DNA of 58,283 bases, taken from a bacterium. GTDB taxonomy: Bacteria > Desulfobacterota > Binatia > UBA12015. How positions within the stretch are numbered: the stretch's first letter is position 1; each line of letters starts with the position of its first letter. The stretch covers positions 1 through 58,283 of the forward strand of contig JAUIFY010000004.1 of assembly GCA_030430245.1 (NCBI GenBank). The letters are read 5' to 3'. Positions 1-10,076 of the stretch are shown in pieces. The position numbers and the translations under genes were made by a program. The notes under the pieces are model-generated. The model was not told where the DNA came from and did not search any database. It worked only from the letters and a program-made list of their open reading frames with translations.

Positions 1-780
1 CCAGTCGGTCAACCAGATCCGCGGCGCGATGCGGGCGCGAAGGAGATTATCATGAGTGCCGAGCGTTCCGTCATCGACCCGCACATCCACCTGTGGCGGC
101 AGGACGACGGACGCGCCATAGAGAAGGAACAAGCATGCCCGGACGAGCGCGGGTGAAGGCGTGACGGTACGGAGGCCCCGCCAGACGCGCGACCCTCCGT
201 TCGCGAATACGCCGAGCGCGCCCATCGAGAGGAGCACCCATCCCACCACCCCGATCTCGCCCTCCGCCCACGCGTACCAGACCGGCAGACGCAGGATGCG
301 CGGCTCGGACAACTCCAGTCCGGCCGGCCCGGAGTAGAACGCGCGCAGCACGACCTCCGGTGGAACGTCGTATGTGGGAATCGAGAGTCGGACGGTTCCC
401 GCGCCGTCGATCCGCCACTCTCTCTCGCTCTCGGGGGGATCGAAGCTCGGCCCGAAGAGATCGACGTGAAGGGAGCCCCCCTCCCGCGGTGCCTGCACGA
501 CATCGAGCTCGACCGCGTAGGTCGCATGCGGCGCGAGCCATACGTTGCGAGCGAAAAGATGGAGTCCATCCGGCGTCGCAACACTCACATACCTGCCCCC
601 TGCGACGGGCTCGAACCCGACGAGATTGAGCACCCCGGGAACGACCGGGGTGCCGACGAGCCCGGCAATCCCCGGCCGGCTCAGGAGGAGTGAGATCGCG
701 ACGAGCGCGACTCCGGTCCATACGAACGCGAGGGACAGCCGGTCGAGCGTTCTCGTCGCCTTCTCTCCCGGTGCCGTCAG
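1..780 (-). CDS. Membrane protein of the glycan locus (partial, runs off left end; not in ORF track)
   Basis: Manual translation of the minus frame starting at the CTGA overlap with the GT stop gives LTAPGEKATRTLDRLSLAFVWTGVALVAISLLL...EIGVVGWVLLSMGALGVFA...ACLFLLYGASVVL, with no stop down to base 1 and several hydrophobic segments. Start codon uncertain. Confidence 0.65.
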   Translation of the reverse strand, partial: MTAPGEKATRTLDRLSLAFVWTGVALVAISLLLSRPGIAGLVGTPVVPGVLNLVGFEPVAGGRYVSVATPDGLHLFARNVWLAPHATYAVELDVVQAPREGGSLHVDLFGPSFDPPESEREWRIDGAGTVRLSIPTYDVPPEVVLRAFYSGPAGLELSEPRILRLPVWYAWAEGEIGVVGWVLLSMGALGVFANGGSRVWRGLRTVTPSPALVRACLFLLYGASVVLPPQVDVRVDDGTLGTHDNLLRARIAPRIWLTDW

Positions 781-2630
781 CCAAGCACCTCGTCCAGGCG
801 ATCCCGGACCCGGGTTGCCGCCGCCCTCCACGACCAGCGCTCCCTCATCTCGTCGGCGGCACGGCGACCGCGCTCCTCGGCGTCGGAGCGGTTCTCGAAG
901 ACGTATCGAAGGAGCTCCCGAAGGTGACCGCGCTCGGGATCGGCCCAGGAGAAGCCATCGTAGTACGGGCACCGAGCGACGGCCGGAATGGTCGATTCGA
1001 CCCGAAGGGGAAACGAGATCCCTTCGTGCACGAAGTCGCAGTGCGCACCCCAGTCCGTCGCGATCGTCGGCAGTCCGCAGGCCATGGCCTCCATCAGCGG
1101 CATGTCCCACCCCTCGCCACGGCCCGCCGAGACGTAGCAGTCGGTCGAACGGTAGAGACTTCCGAGCTGCTCGTAGGGCAGCTCCCGGTTGTGGATGAAG
1201 ACGATCCGTCCACCCCAGGGCTTGAGGCGCAGGGCTTCGACTTCAGCCGCGAGGTCCACCGAGGCATCGCGGTTGTTCACCTTACAGACGAGCGCGACGG
1301 GCTCGTTGGCTCGGAACGTCTCGTTGAAGACGGAGAGGAGGAGCTCCGGCGCCTTCCGCTCTCCCCATTCGAAGCTCGAGAGGAAGACGAAGTCCCCGTC
1401 CGGCGAGGGAAACGACGTCACCTCGGGATGAAAATGATGGACGTCGACCCCGAGCGGCATGACGCGAATCGGAGTGGTCACGCCACAGCGGAGCATTCCG
1501 TCGCGATTGAACGAAGTCGGGGTCCAGACCTCGTCCATCCGGTTCGCCTGGGCGACCCACTCGTCGGGAAACCCGTCGACTTCGAGCATCGTGAAGCCGA
1601 TCTTATAGGCGCCGCAGTTGCGGTCGAAGACGTCTCCCTGCCCGTACACCACCGACACGGGCGGGCTCTTCTCCCGTGGGCGTGAGGAGATGACGTTCAG
1701 GCGATAATCCCCCGACTGCTCCGGCTCCTCCACCGGGAACGGTGATCCCGCACCGTAGACGTAAGAGTAGTGGGTGCGAACGCCGAGGTCTTCGAGCGCG
1801 ACCAGGAACGCGCGCGAGCTCATCGCGTACCCCGTCGGGAAATTCAGGATCGACTGCCACGTCAGGTCACGGACGTACCGTGCTTCGAGATCGGGAAGCC
1901 ACTTCTTGCGGAACGTCCGACGGCTCGCTTCGAAGAGCGACTCGAACTTCTTCGGGTCGTCCCGCGTCGAGCCGTGCTCGTTGTGCAACAAGGTGACGCC
2001 GCCACAACAGAACGTGCGAAAGCCCGCCTTGCGCGCCGCGAGGCAGTAGTCAGTGTCCTCGAAGTACGATTCGTAGTCCTCCGACAACAACCCGGCAGAC
2101 TCGATCACCTCGCGACGGATGTAGGCGCACGCGAAGACGATTCCCTGGACTTCCCGGTCGCTCGCGTACTGGTTGAAATCCGGCTCGAGAGCACCGATCT
2201 GCTGGCCCCAGCAGGTCTCGGGGAGGATGTACGTGCCGGCGTGCAAGAGCCGGCCGTCGGGCATCTGGAGCCGACAGCCGACGATGCCGATGTCGGGCTC
2301 GGACGATGCGGTCGCCGCAAGGCGCTCGAGCCAATCGGGCTGCAGGACCTCGATGTCGTTGTTCAGCAGGACGACGTCGCGATCCGCGTCGACGGCCTCG
2401 ATGCCGACGTTGTTGCCGCGGACGAAGCCCAGGTTCGTCGGATTGGTGATGACCCGGATCCCCTCGACCCCCCGGAGACGATCCGGTGTCTCGTCCTCGC
2501 TGCCGTTGTCCACCACGATCACTTCGGCGTGCGTGAGGTCGGTGTTCCGGAGAACCGACTCGAGGCATTTCTCCGTCAGGTCCCAATGGTTCCAGCAGAG
2601 GACGACGATCGACACGGGCCGCTCAGGCAT
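777..2630 (-). CDS. Bifunctional glycosyltransferase (GT2 N-terminal + GT4/GT-B C-terminal)
   Basis: GT-A motifs VSIVVLCWN, VVDNGSED, NLGF...GNN, LLNND, YFEDTD; GT-B motifs ERKAP and GEGWDMPLMEAMACGLP. ATG at 2630 is preceded by GGAG and overlaps the upstream stop. Confidence 0.92.
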   Translation of the reverse strand: MPERPVSIVVLCWNHWDLTEKCLESVLRNTDLTHAEVIVVDNGSEDETPDRLRGVEGIRVITNPTNLGFVRGNNVGIEAVDADRDVVLLNNDIEVLQPDWLERLAATASSEPDIGIVGCRLQMPDGRLLHAGTYILPETCWGQQIGALEPDFNQYASDREVQGIVFACAYIRREVIESAGLLSEDYESYFEDTDYCLAARKAGFRTFCCGGVTLLHNEHGSTRDDPKKFESLFEASRRTFRKKWLPDLEARYVRDLTWQSILNFPTGYAMSSRAFLVALEDLGVRTHYSYVYGAGSPFPVEEPEQSGDYRLNVISSRPREKSPPVSVVYGQGDVFDRNCGAYKIGFTMLEVDGFPDEWVAQANRMDEVWTPTSFNRDGMLRCGVTTPIRVMPLGVDVHHFHPEVTSFPSPDGDFVFLSSFEWGERKAPELLLSVFNETFRANEPVALVCKVNNRDASVDLAAEVEALRLKPWGGRIVFIHNRELPYEQLGSLYRSTDCYVSAGRGEGWDMPLMEAMACGLPTIATDWGAHCDFVHEGISFPLRVESTIPAVARCPYYDGFSWADPERGHLRELLRYVFENRSDAEERGRRAADEMRERWSWRAAATRVRDRLDEVLG

Positions 2631-2904
2631 CGCCGTCTCCACGCCTCAGCCGCTGCCACACGATCTCGAGCTCGGTCTTCACGTCGGACGGAACGAAGGT
2701 GTGCGTATGCTCGAGCCCGACGACCGGCGACTCTTCCCACGTTCGCGCCTCCAGCGCTTTGGCATCGAGCTCGAGAAGCTCGAGAGCGTCCGGCGGCAGC
2801 GCCGACGCCAGCATGCGGAGACGCGCGCGCTCGGCGTCGAGTCGTCGCTCGAGCTCGCGGGCCCGGGTCTCCCAGTAACGAACCGCGTCGTCGCGAGCGT
2901 CCAC
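2623..2904 (-). CDS. Small hypothetical coiled-coil protein
   Basis: 93 aa with heptad-like ARELERRLDAERARLRML; tightly packed between neighbours, stop overlaps the GT start. Confidence 0.65.
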   Translation of the reverse strand: MDARDDAVRYWETRARELERRLDAERARLRMLASALPPDALELLELDAKALEARTWEESPVVGLEHTHTFVPSDVKTELEIVWQRLRRGDGDA

Positions 2905-2907
2905 GAT

Positions 2908-3189
2908 TCACTCTCGGCCCAGGAGCCGGCGCAACACCTGCATCAGTCGAAAGCTGCCCGACTGCATCACCATGCCGAGGAGCTGGTTGCGCTCTTCGAA
3001 CTGGCGCCGGAAGGAGTCCCGCTCGGCCCGCAGTGCGTTGATCTCGCGCTCGAGGCGCGCACAGTCCCGAGCACGTCGCGCTGCGACCGCCCGCGCCATC
3101 TCCCTCTCGTGGCGCATGTCGTCGAGCTCGAGCTCCAGGCGAGCGACTTGGGCAACCTTGTCCTCGACGGTGGGGTTGGGATTCGACAT
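2908..3189 (-). CDS. Small coiled-coil protein with amphipathic C-terminus
   Basis: MSNPNPTVEDK...LELELDDMRHERE...LEREINALRAERDSFRRQFEERNQLLG...SGSFRLMQVLRRLLG; ATG at 3189 preferred over the longer ORF call. Confidence 0.7.
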   Translation of the reverse strand: MSNPNPTVEDKVAQVARLELELDDMRHEREMARAVAARRARDCARLEREINALRAERDSFRRQFEERNQLLGMVMQSGSFRLMQVLRRLLGRE

Positions 3190-3366
3190 CGTCGTGCGTG
3201 CCACGTGGAGGCGGAGAATAGCTGGTTCCGCGACGAGCGTCACGCGCATGGCCACGCTCGAATGTGCCCGTCGGAGGACGGGAGCGGCACCCGCCCGCCG
3301 TACCCCCGGGACTCGCCCCTCCACACACCCGCCGCGCAGGCCGAGGGGAGAGCGATGGCTGCGGCG

Positions 3367-4635
3367 TCAGGACCGCATCTCGGCGTGGCGGGCGATCGTC
3401 CGGACGTAGCTCTCCCGAAAGCGCCGCGCGACCAAGGGCCAGGCGTGGCGCGCGCGCACCCGGTCGAGGCCGATCCCCCCCATCCCACGCGCCCACTCCG
3501 AATTCTCGAGAAGGCTCAGAGCCGCCGCCGCGAGCGCCTCGGCATCGCGAAACGGCACCAGGATCCCGTCCTGGCCATCCCGCACGACGTCGGGGACGGC
3601 GCCGTTGCGACAGCCGATCACGGGCTTCCCCGCGGACCACGCCTCGAGAAACGCGACCCCGAAGGACTCGTAGCCAGACGGATAGACGAAGGCGTCCAAC
3701 GCACCGAAGAGTCGAGGCTTCTCGTCCTCTTCGAAGTCGTACTTGACGACGACCTTACGTCGCGCGTCGGAATCGTACTGCGCGACCCGATGCTCGATCT
3801 GCCGCGCGAACTCCGTGTGAGAGCCCGCGATCAGAAGGCGCGTCTCGGGTCGACGCGCCCAGATGGCGGGCATGGCCTCGAGCAGGGTGTCGACGCCCTT
3901 GTGCACGCCGAGCTGCCCGATGAAGCCGAGGACCGGATGGTCGCCGAAGCCCAGCGACCGCTTGGCCTCGATCGGATCCACCGCCGCGAACGGCTCGGGG
4001 TCGACGCCGAGACCGATCACGTCGACGCGCTCGAGATCCGCGCCCCGCGCGACCACGTGCTGCGCCTCGAAGCCGGTGTAGGCGACGTAGAGGTCGGCCT
4101 GACGGATCGCTCGGTGGATCATCGCCCGGTCGTAGCCCCAGCGGTCCTCGGGGTGCATGCCTCCGATCAGGATGCAGGGGCGCCCCGCCCTCCGGGCTCC
4201 CCGAAGTGCCTGGTACATGTGGCGCAACGGGAACGACGACGCGACGACGACGTCGGCGGGCGTGCGCCGGACGGCATCCGTCAGCCCGGGAATGATGGGT
4301 CCCGCGTACCACGTACGCAGGAACTGATTGAACGGCAGCCCGAGACGAAACGCCGCATCCTGCACCGGTTGGAGCAATGGACCGAGGGAGCGAATCACGT
4401 GAAAGCGGCGAACCGAGACGCCCGTCCGCGTCTCGGACCCGACCGGCAGGCGCGGGTGCGACGGGCGCGGAAACGCCTCCGCGCTGTAGCAGTCGCTCGT
4501 GAAGACGGTGACGTCGTCTCCGAACTGCGAGACGAGCTCCTCCGAGAGTCTCTGGATGACGCGCTCGGTACCGCCCACCGCCGGTGCGTACCCCTGCACG
4601 ACGTGCAGGATGCGGAGCGGGCGGTCCATGTTCAC
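3367..4635 (-). CDS. GT4 family glycosyltransferase
   Basis: [16 protein letters not shown]; GQLGVHKG; [23 protein letters not shown] (EX7E). Confidence 0.92.
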   Translation of the reverse strand: MNMDRPLRILHVVQGYAPAVGGTERVIQRLSEELVSQFGDDVTVFTSDCYSAEAFPRPSHPRLPVGSETRTGVSVRRFHVIRSLGPLLQPVQDAAFRLGLPFNQFLRTWYAGPIIPGLTDAVRRTPADVVVASSFPLRHMYQALRGARRAGRPCILIGGMHPEDRWGYDRAMIHRAIRQADLYVAYTGFEAQHVVARGADLERVDVIGLGVDPEPFAAVDPIEAKRSLGFGDHPVLGFIGQLGVHKGVDTLLEAMPAIWARRPETRLLIAGSHTEFARQIEHRVAQYDSDARRKVVVKYDFEEDEKPRLFGALDAFVYPSGYESFGVAFLEAWSAGKPVIGCRNGAVPDVVRDGQDGILVPFRDAEALAAAALSLLENSEWARGMGGIGLDRVRARHAWPLVARRFRESYVRTIARHAEMRS

Positions 4636-5864
4636 CAGCTGGCCTTGGTCACGCGCGAGATCGCCTCGTCCACGTTCTCACGGGAATTGAAGGCGGAGAG
4701 CCGGAAGTATCCCTCTCCCGACGGACCGAAACCCGAGCCCGGCGTGCCGACGACCTGCGCCTTCTCGAGAAGCTGGTCGAAGAAATCCCAGGACCCCAGC
4801 CCCGCCGGCGTCTTGAACCAGATGTACGGCGCGTTCTCTCCCCCGAAAACCTCGAGGCCGGCCTTGGAGAGGCCTTCGCGAATCAGGCGTGCGTTCTCCA
4901 TGTAGAACTTCACGATCTCGCCCGTCTGCCTGCGGCCCTCGGGCGAGTACGCGGCGGCCGCAGCCTTCTGCACGGGGTACGAGACTCCGTTGAACTTGGT
5001 CGAGTGACGACGGTTCCACAAGCCGTTCAGCGAGACCTCCTCACCCGACGCGGTCTTTCCCTTCACCGTCTTGGGCACGACGGTGAACGCGCAACGCGTT
5101 CCAGTGAAGCCGGCGCTCTTCGAGAAGCTCCGGAACTCGATCGCGACGTCTCGCGCGCCGTCGACCTCGTAGATCGAGTGCGGCAGCGACGGGTCGGAGA
5201 TGAAGCCTTCGTACGCGGCGTCGAAGAGAATCACGGCGTCGTTCTTCTTCGCGTACTCGACCCACTGCGCGAGCTGCTCCTTGGTCGACACCGTGCCGGT
5301 CGGGTTGTTCGGAGAGCAAAGGTAGATCAGATCGACGTGGGTCGAAGGAGGCTCGGGGTTGAAGCCGTTCTCGGCGACGGCCGGCATGTAGACGATGCCG
5401 GCGTAGCGTCCGTCGTCGTCGGCCTCGCCCGTGCGGCCCGCCATGACGTTCGTGTCGAGATAGACCGGATAGACGGGATCGGCGAGTGCGACCACGTTGT
5501 CGAGTCCGAAGATCTCCTGGATGTTGCCGCTGTCGCACTTCGAGCCGTCCGAGACGAAGATCTCGTCGTTGCCGACCTGAACGCCCCGCGCTTCGTAGTC
5601 GTTCTCGCGAATCACATCGAGAAGGAATTCGTAGCCCTGCTCGGGTCCGTAGCCGCGGAAGGTCGCGCGGTCGGCCATCTCGTCGACCCCGGCGTGAAAG
5701 GCTTCGACGATTGCGGGAGCCAGGGGCTCGGTCACGTCGCCGATTCCGAGCTTGATGATCGCGGCGTCCGGGTTCGCCTTCTGAAAGGCCCCCACGCGTC
5801 GCCCGATCTCGGGAAAGAGGTAGCCGGCCTTGAGCTTCAGGAAGTTCTCGTTGATTCGCGCCAT
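4632..5864 (-). CDS. dapL: LL-diaminopimelate aminotransferase
   Basis: [20 protein letters not shown]; LGIGDVT; GYGPEQG; SDGSKCD; CSPNNPTG; [13 protein letters not shown] (PLP lysine); [19 protein letters not shown]. Confidence 0.96.
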   Translation of the reverse strand: MARINENFLKLKAGYLFPEIGRRVGAFQKANPDAAIIKLGIGDVTEPLAPAIVEAFHAGVDEMADRATFRGYGPEQGYEFLLDVIRENDYEARGVQVGNDEIFVSDGSKCDSGNIQEIFGLDNVVALADPVYPVYLDTNVMAGRTGEADDDGRYAGIVYMPAVAENGFNPEPPSTHVDLIYLCSPNNPTGTVSTKEQLAQWVEYAKKNDAVILFDAAYEGFISDPSLPHSIYEVDGARDVAIEFRSFSKSAGFTGTRCAFTVVPKTVKGKTASGEEVSLNGLWNRRHSTKFNGVSYPVQKAAAAAYSPEGRRQTGEIVKFYMENARLIREGLSKAGLEVFGGENAPYIWFKTPAGLGSWDFFDQLLEKAQVVGTPGSGFGPSGEGYFRLSAFNSRENVDEAISRVTKASW

Positions 5865-6114
5865 GGGCGGTGAGTTACCCGTTGCACCGTTGAGGCGCTA
5901 CCGGAGGCCACCGAGCCCGTTCACACGGACGTGCGTGATCGCGTTCCGGACCGACCGAGGCGTGGGCAGCCCCGCGACGCAGGTCTTCGCGGGGTGCCCA
6001 GTGCCCCTCGCCCGGATCCCATGCCGGAATCACTCGCCGATCACGGGGGGTGGCACGTCGCCGCTGCCAGCACCGCGGCGTCCGGAACGAGCGGACCTCC
6101 ACCTCGAGGATTGC

Positions 6115-6855
6115 CTACTGAATGCACGACAGACTCGCGGAGGTGAACTCGTTCCTCTTCCAGAGATTCGAGCACGCGTTCGCGGCACCCACGATGTCGT
6201 ACTCACCATCCGGGGATCGGGCGACGTTGCGAATGTACTTGCTCGGGCCGTCGTCGGAATACGTCTCCGCAAAGAAGGCTCCCCACGCGTCGTGGTACGC
6301 CTCGTTCCGGATCACGCGATGCGCATCGCCCGCCACCCGGAAGCCGAACTCGTCATTCTCACTCGCCCTGTTCTTCTTGAGCACGTTGCGCTCCGAGAAG
6401 ACCCAGTAGCCGTTGCGCTGGTTGTGGCTCGCGACGTTCTTCTTGAGGACGTTGCGGTGACTCAGGACGAGAAAGCCGTCGCGCCCGCTCAGAGCCGCCT
6501 CGACGCTCTGAATCCGATGTCGACCGGATCCCTCGATCTCGACCCCGATCCCGCACGCGAGCACGCGCCCGTCCTTCACGTTGGCGCGCTCGCCTACGAC
6601 GAGAATGCCGGTCGGGTTCTGCGCGAGGTCGGACCCGACGAGGCAGGTGATCGCGAAGCCGTTCAGATCGAGCGTCGCGGGCCCCTCGATCGTGATGCCG
6701 CCGGTCTCGGCCGTGCACGGTCCCACGTCGGCTTCGAGTTGGACGCGCTGCCCCGGCTCGACGGTGTCCCCGCATTCGAGGGCGGAGGCCTCGGTGGAGA
6801 GGAGGCCAGCGATCCCGACGGCGAGAACCCCGGACGCGATTCCCTTGCGATTCAT
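6115..6855 (-). CDS. Secreted right-handed parallel beta-helix protein (NosD/PbH1-like)
   Basis: Signal peptide, then CGDTV, TLDLNGFAI, and repeated NVLKKNVASHN/NVLKKNRASEN beta-helix turns. Confidence 0.75.
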   Translation of the reverse strand: MNRKGIASGVLAVGIAGLLSTEASALECGDTVEPGQRVQLEADVGPCTAETGGITIEGPATLDLNGFAITCLVGSDLAQNPTGILVVGERANVKDGRVLACGIGVEIEGSGRHRIQSVEAALSGRDGFLVLSHRNVLKKNVASHNQRNGYWVFSERNVLKKNRASENDEFGFRVAGDAHRVIRNEAYHDAWGAFFAETYSDDGPSKYIRNVARSPDGEYDIVGAANACSNLWKRNEFTSASLSCIQ

Positions 6856-6880
6856 GATCCCTTCCCTTCGGATCCCACGC

Positions 6881-7105
6881 TCAAGCCGATTTCGCGGCGG
6901 CCATCGTGTGGACGTCGGCCGCGGTCAGCGTGCGGCCGCCGATTCCCCAGTCGCCCTGCCGGATCTCCTGAATCCGCACCCAGGTGACGTCCCGCATCGC
7001 TTCGCCCTCGACCGAGATCATGGCCTCGGTGACCCTCTCGATCAGGTCCTGCTTCTGGCTCGGGGTGAAAACGTCTTCGATCACGTCGATGGTGACGAGT
7101 GGCAT
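6881..7105 (-). CDS. 4-oxalocrotonate tautomerase family protein
   Basis: 74 aa; Pro-1 after Met removal (PLVTIDVIE); [13 protein letters not shown]; WGIGG. Confidence 0.9.
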   Translation of the reverse strand: MPLVTIDVIEDVFTPSQKQDLIERVTEAMISVEGEAMRDVTWVRIQEIRQGDWGIGGRTLTAADVHTMAAAKSA

Positions 7106-7248
7106 CGGAATCTCTCCTTCGTTCTTCGTGCCGGCGATCCATTCGCCAGCCGTGGACCGGGTTCTATCGGGGGCCTCCGAGCCAAGCTTGGAGACCGTCT
7201 GGAGAAACCCTGGAGAGATGCCCGAGGACCGCGCTATGATCCGCCCGC

Positions 7249-8811
7249 GTGCGCTTCCTCTTCGACGATTTCGAGCTGGACACGGACAAGGCGGAGCTGC
7301 GGGGGGCCGGGGAGACGATCGCGCTCGAGCCGCAGGTCTTCGCCCTTCTTCGATACCTGGTCGAGAATCGGGAGCGCCTCGTGACCAAGAACCAGCTCAT
7401 CGACACGGTCTGGGGCGGTCGGGTCGTCTCCGAGTCGGCTCTCACGAGCCGGATCAAGTCGGCACGCCAGGCGCTCGGAGACACCGGCCGGGAGCAACGC
7501 TTCATCCGCACGATCCACGGCAGCGGCTACCGGTTCGTCGTCGACGTCGAAGAAGCCGCGCCCGGGTCGCCCGTCGGGGAGACGTCCTCCCGGCCGGACG
7601 TCGCGGCGCCCGAGGACCCCCTCCCGGAGAGACCGTCGATCGCCGTCCTGCCGTTCCGCCTCGTCGGGATCGCCGGACCGTACGCGGCGGTCGCCGACGC
7701 CCTCCCCCACGAGCTGATCGCCGAACTCTCGCGCCTGCGATGGCTGTTCGTGATCGCACGGGCCTCGTCGTTCCGCTTCCGCGCCTCCGAGCCGGACGTC
7801 GTCGAGATCGGACGGGTCCTCGGCGTCCGCTATTGCCTCTCCGGCACCGCCGAGATCCTGGGAGACCACCTTCGGGTCACGGTCGAGCTCGCCGACACGC
7901 GCAGCGGCGGCGTCCTCTGGGGGGAGCGGTACGGCGCGCCGGTCGAGCAGATCGACGAGATCCGATCCGAGATCGTCGCAAGCGTGGTCTCGGCGCTGGA
8001 GATCCAGATCCCATCGAACGAAGCGAGGCTCGCTCGGCTCTCGAGCACGGAGAACCTCGATGCGTGGGCCGCCTATCACCTCGGCCTCCACCACATGTTC
8101 CGGTTCTCACGCAAGGACAACGAGCGGGCGAAGGAGCTGTTCGCGCGGGCGATCGGCGAGGACGCCGGCTTTGCCCGCGCCCATGCGGGCATGTCGTTCG
8201 TGCGGTTCCAGGACGCCTTTCTCGCGTACGAAAAGGACGTGGAGGCCGCCGGTGCCGACGCACGGCGCTTCGCCGAGCGCAGCGTCGAGCTCGATGCGAT
8301 GGATCCGTTCGCCAACCTCGTCCTCGGCCGGACGTTCTGGCTCGCCGGGGATCCCGACGCGAGTCTCCCGTGGCTGGATCGGGCGATGTCGCTCAGCCCG
8401 AGCTACGCCCAGGGCGTCTACGCCCGCGGCTTCTCGAACGCGATGGCGGCACGCGGCGACGCCGCGGAGGGAGACGCGGATCTCGCGATGTCGCTGAGCC
8501 CGCTCGATCCCCTCTACTACGCGATGCTGGGAATCCGGGCCTTCTCGCACGTGGTGCGTGGCGAGTACGACGCGGCCGTGGCGTGGGGCGAGCGCGCGGC
8601 ACGCGCCCCGGGCGCCCATGCCTTCATCGACGTCCTCGCGGGCCTCACGCACGCTTGCGCGGGCGATACCGAAAAGGCCCGCGCGTGGATCACGCGCGCA
8701 CTCGAGCGCAGCCCGAAGATCGACCAGACCGCCTTCTTCCGATCGTTCCCCTTCACCGACGCCGTGATCCGCAAGCGCATCGCCGCCGCCCTCACGAAGA
8801 GCGGTCTCTGA
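7249..8811 (+). CDS. OmpR-type wHTH transcriptional regulator with TolB-like/SIAVLPF domain and TPRs
   Basis: FDDFELD...[22 protein letters not shown]...[11 protein letters not shown]; RPSIAVLPF; helical TPR-like C-terminus. Confidence 0.9.
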   Translation: MRFLFDDFELDTDKAELRGAGETIALEPQVFALLRYLVENRERLVTKNQLIDTVWGGRVVSESALTSRIKSARQALGDTGREQRFIRTIHGSGYRFVVDVEEAAPGSPVGETSSRPDVAAPEDPLPERPSIAVLPFRLVGIAGPYAAVADALPHELIAELSRLRWLFVIARASSFRFRASEPDVVEIGRVLGVRYCLSGTAEILGDHLRVTVELADTRSGGVLWGERYGAPVEQIDEIRSEIVASVVSALEIQIPSNEARLARLSSTENLDAWAAYHLGLHHMFRFSRKDNERAKELFARAIGEDAGFARAHAGMSFVRFQDAFLAYEKDVEAAGADARRFAERSVELDAMDPFANLVLGRTFWLAGDPDASLPWLDRAMSLSPSYAQGVYARGFSNAMAARGDAAEGDADLAMSLSPLDPLYYAMLGIRAFSHVVRGEYDAAVAWGERAARAPGAHAFIDVLAGLTHACAGDTEKARAWITRALERSPKIDQTAFFRSFPFTDAVIRKRIAAALTKSGL

Positions 8812-8854
8812 TCCGGCCCCCCCGTCCGTCGTGCGCGCCTGTCAGCCTCGATCC

Positions 8855-9337
8855 TCAGCCACCGGACCACGAGAGGACCTCGCCCCCCCGACCCAGGAGA
8901 ACGGTGCCCGGAAAGACCCGCAGGTGCCAGGGATCCAGTCGAAGGGCCGCAAAGGCGTCGTCGCGGGGCTCGTTCCACCCGGGGATCATCGCGGGGTCGT
9001 AGCCGACGGGAGGAGGCGCGTTCTTCAGCAGATTCCAGACCCGCTCACGCGTCTCGAGATCGAACGCCCACGTCGCGCGGCACTCCGCCACGCACGTGTC
9101 CTGGCTCGGCGCCCAGTAGTTCAGGGACATGAACGGGGAGTGATCGAGGTGGGCGCGCTTCGCGGGGGTCGGGCCGGTGCCGATCCAACCGACCAGCTCT
9201 CGCCCGTCCCACTCCCAGATGGGGTGCAGAACCCGCGAGCGCGGGCGCCCCTTTCGATCCACGGTCGCGGCGCTCGCCCACACGATGGTGTGGGCCATCT
9301 CGAGGAAGGCCGGCGCGACGTCGGCGAGGGTCGTCAT
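8855..9337 (-). CDS. Pyridoxamine 5'-phosphate oxidase-like (split barrel) protein
   Basis: MTTLADVAPAF...ATVDRKGRPRSRVLHPIWE...K.AHL...SLNYW; ATG at 9337. Confidence 0.8.
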   Translation of the reverse strand: MTTLADVAPAFLEMAHTIVWASAATVDRKGRPRSRVLHPIWEWDGRELVGWIGTGPTPAKRAHLDHSPFMSLNYWAPSQDTCVAECRATWAFDLETRERVWNLLKNAPPPVGYDPAMIPGWNEPRDDAFAALRLDPWHLRVFPGTVLLGRGGEVLSWSGG

Positions 9338-9362
9338 GCCGCCACCCGTAGTTCGAAGCGCG

Positions 9363-10076
9363 TCAGAGGTCCAGCTCCGGCCGGGCGACGTGCGCGGCGT
9401 CGTCGGCCCCGCCCCGCGCGCGGGAGACGAGCTTCTCGGTCGCCGCATAGAGCCCGTAGGCGATGGCGATCGCGTACGAGGGCGGGCCGAGGAGCGCGGC
9501 ACCGTAGCCGGCGACCAGACCGACGCGAAACTGGGGCCACCAGAGCAGAGCCCCGGCGATCGGCGCGACGATCGCGCCGACACCGAGCAGCGGCTCGCGG
9601 GTCACGATGCCGAGGAGCAGCGTCGCGGTGCCCAGAAGCGATGCCCCGAGCCAGATCCGCATGCCCGCCCGGCTCCAGCCTCCGTGCGTCAGCCGCGTCT
9701 CGATCGCGACCGCGGCACGCATGAGGTGCCGGCGCACCAACGGCACGTCGAGATCGCGGAGCGCCGCGGAGAACACGTCGTCCGCTTCCACGCGCGAGAC
9801 GGGCGGCGTCAGAGTCGAGCCGTTCTCGATCAGATGGTCGTGCAGGAGGGCGGCGAGGGAGTGGCGGCCGTACGCCGGGACGAACCATCGGAGGAACCAC
9901 GGCACCGAGGCCAGGTCCGTGACCGGCAGATCGCCCGGAAGCACGGTGAAGTCGTAGCCGGCCGCCTCGTCTCGGTAGCGGAACCCTTCGCGCAGGACGA
10001 ACCCGGTATCCGAGCGCTGCTCGATCACGACCTGCGCCGAGGCGGCTCCGTCGACGCTCGAGAACCGACCGCTCAT
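9363..10076 (-). CDS. DUF1353 domain protein with C-terminal transmembrane helices
   Basis: TDLASVPWFLRW...YGRHSLAALLHDHL...ADDVF motif; ATGA overlap with the gor stop; hydrophobic C-terminal half. Confidence 0.8.
   Translation of the reverse strand: MSGRFSSVDGAASAQVVIEQRSDTGFVLREGFRYRDEAAGYDFTVLPGDLPVTDLASVPWFLRWFVPAYGRHSLAALLHDHLIENGSTLTPPVSRVEADDVFSAALRDLDVPLVRRHLMRAAVAIETRLTHGGWSRAGMRIWLGASLLGTATLLLGIVTREPLLGVGAIVAPIAGALLWWPQFRVGLVAGYGAALLGPPSYAIAIAYGLYAATEKLVSRARGGADDAAHVARPELDL

Noticed and set aside
5865-6114. Lysine riboswitch upstream of dapL
   Set aside because: The conserved core motifs could not be found in order; kept only as a generic structured-leader candidate.
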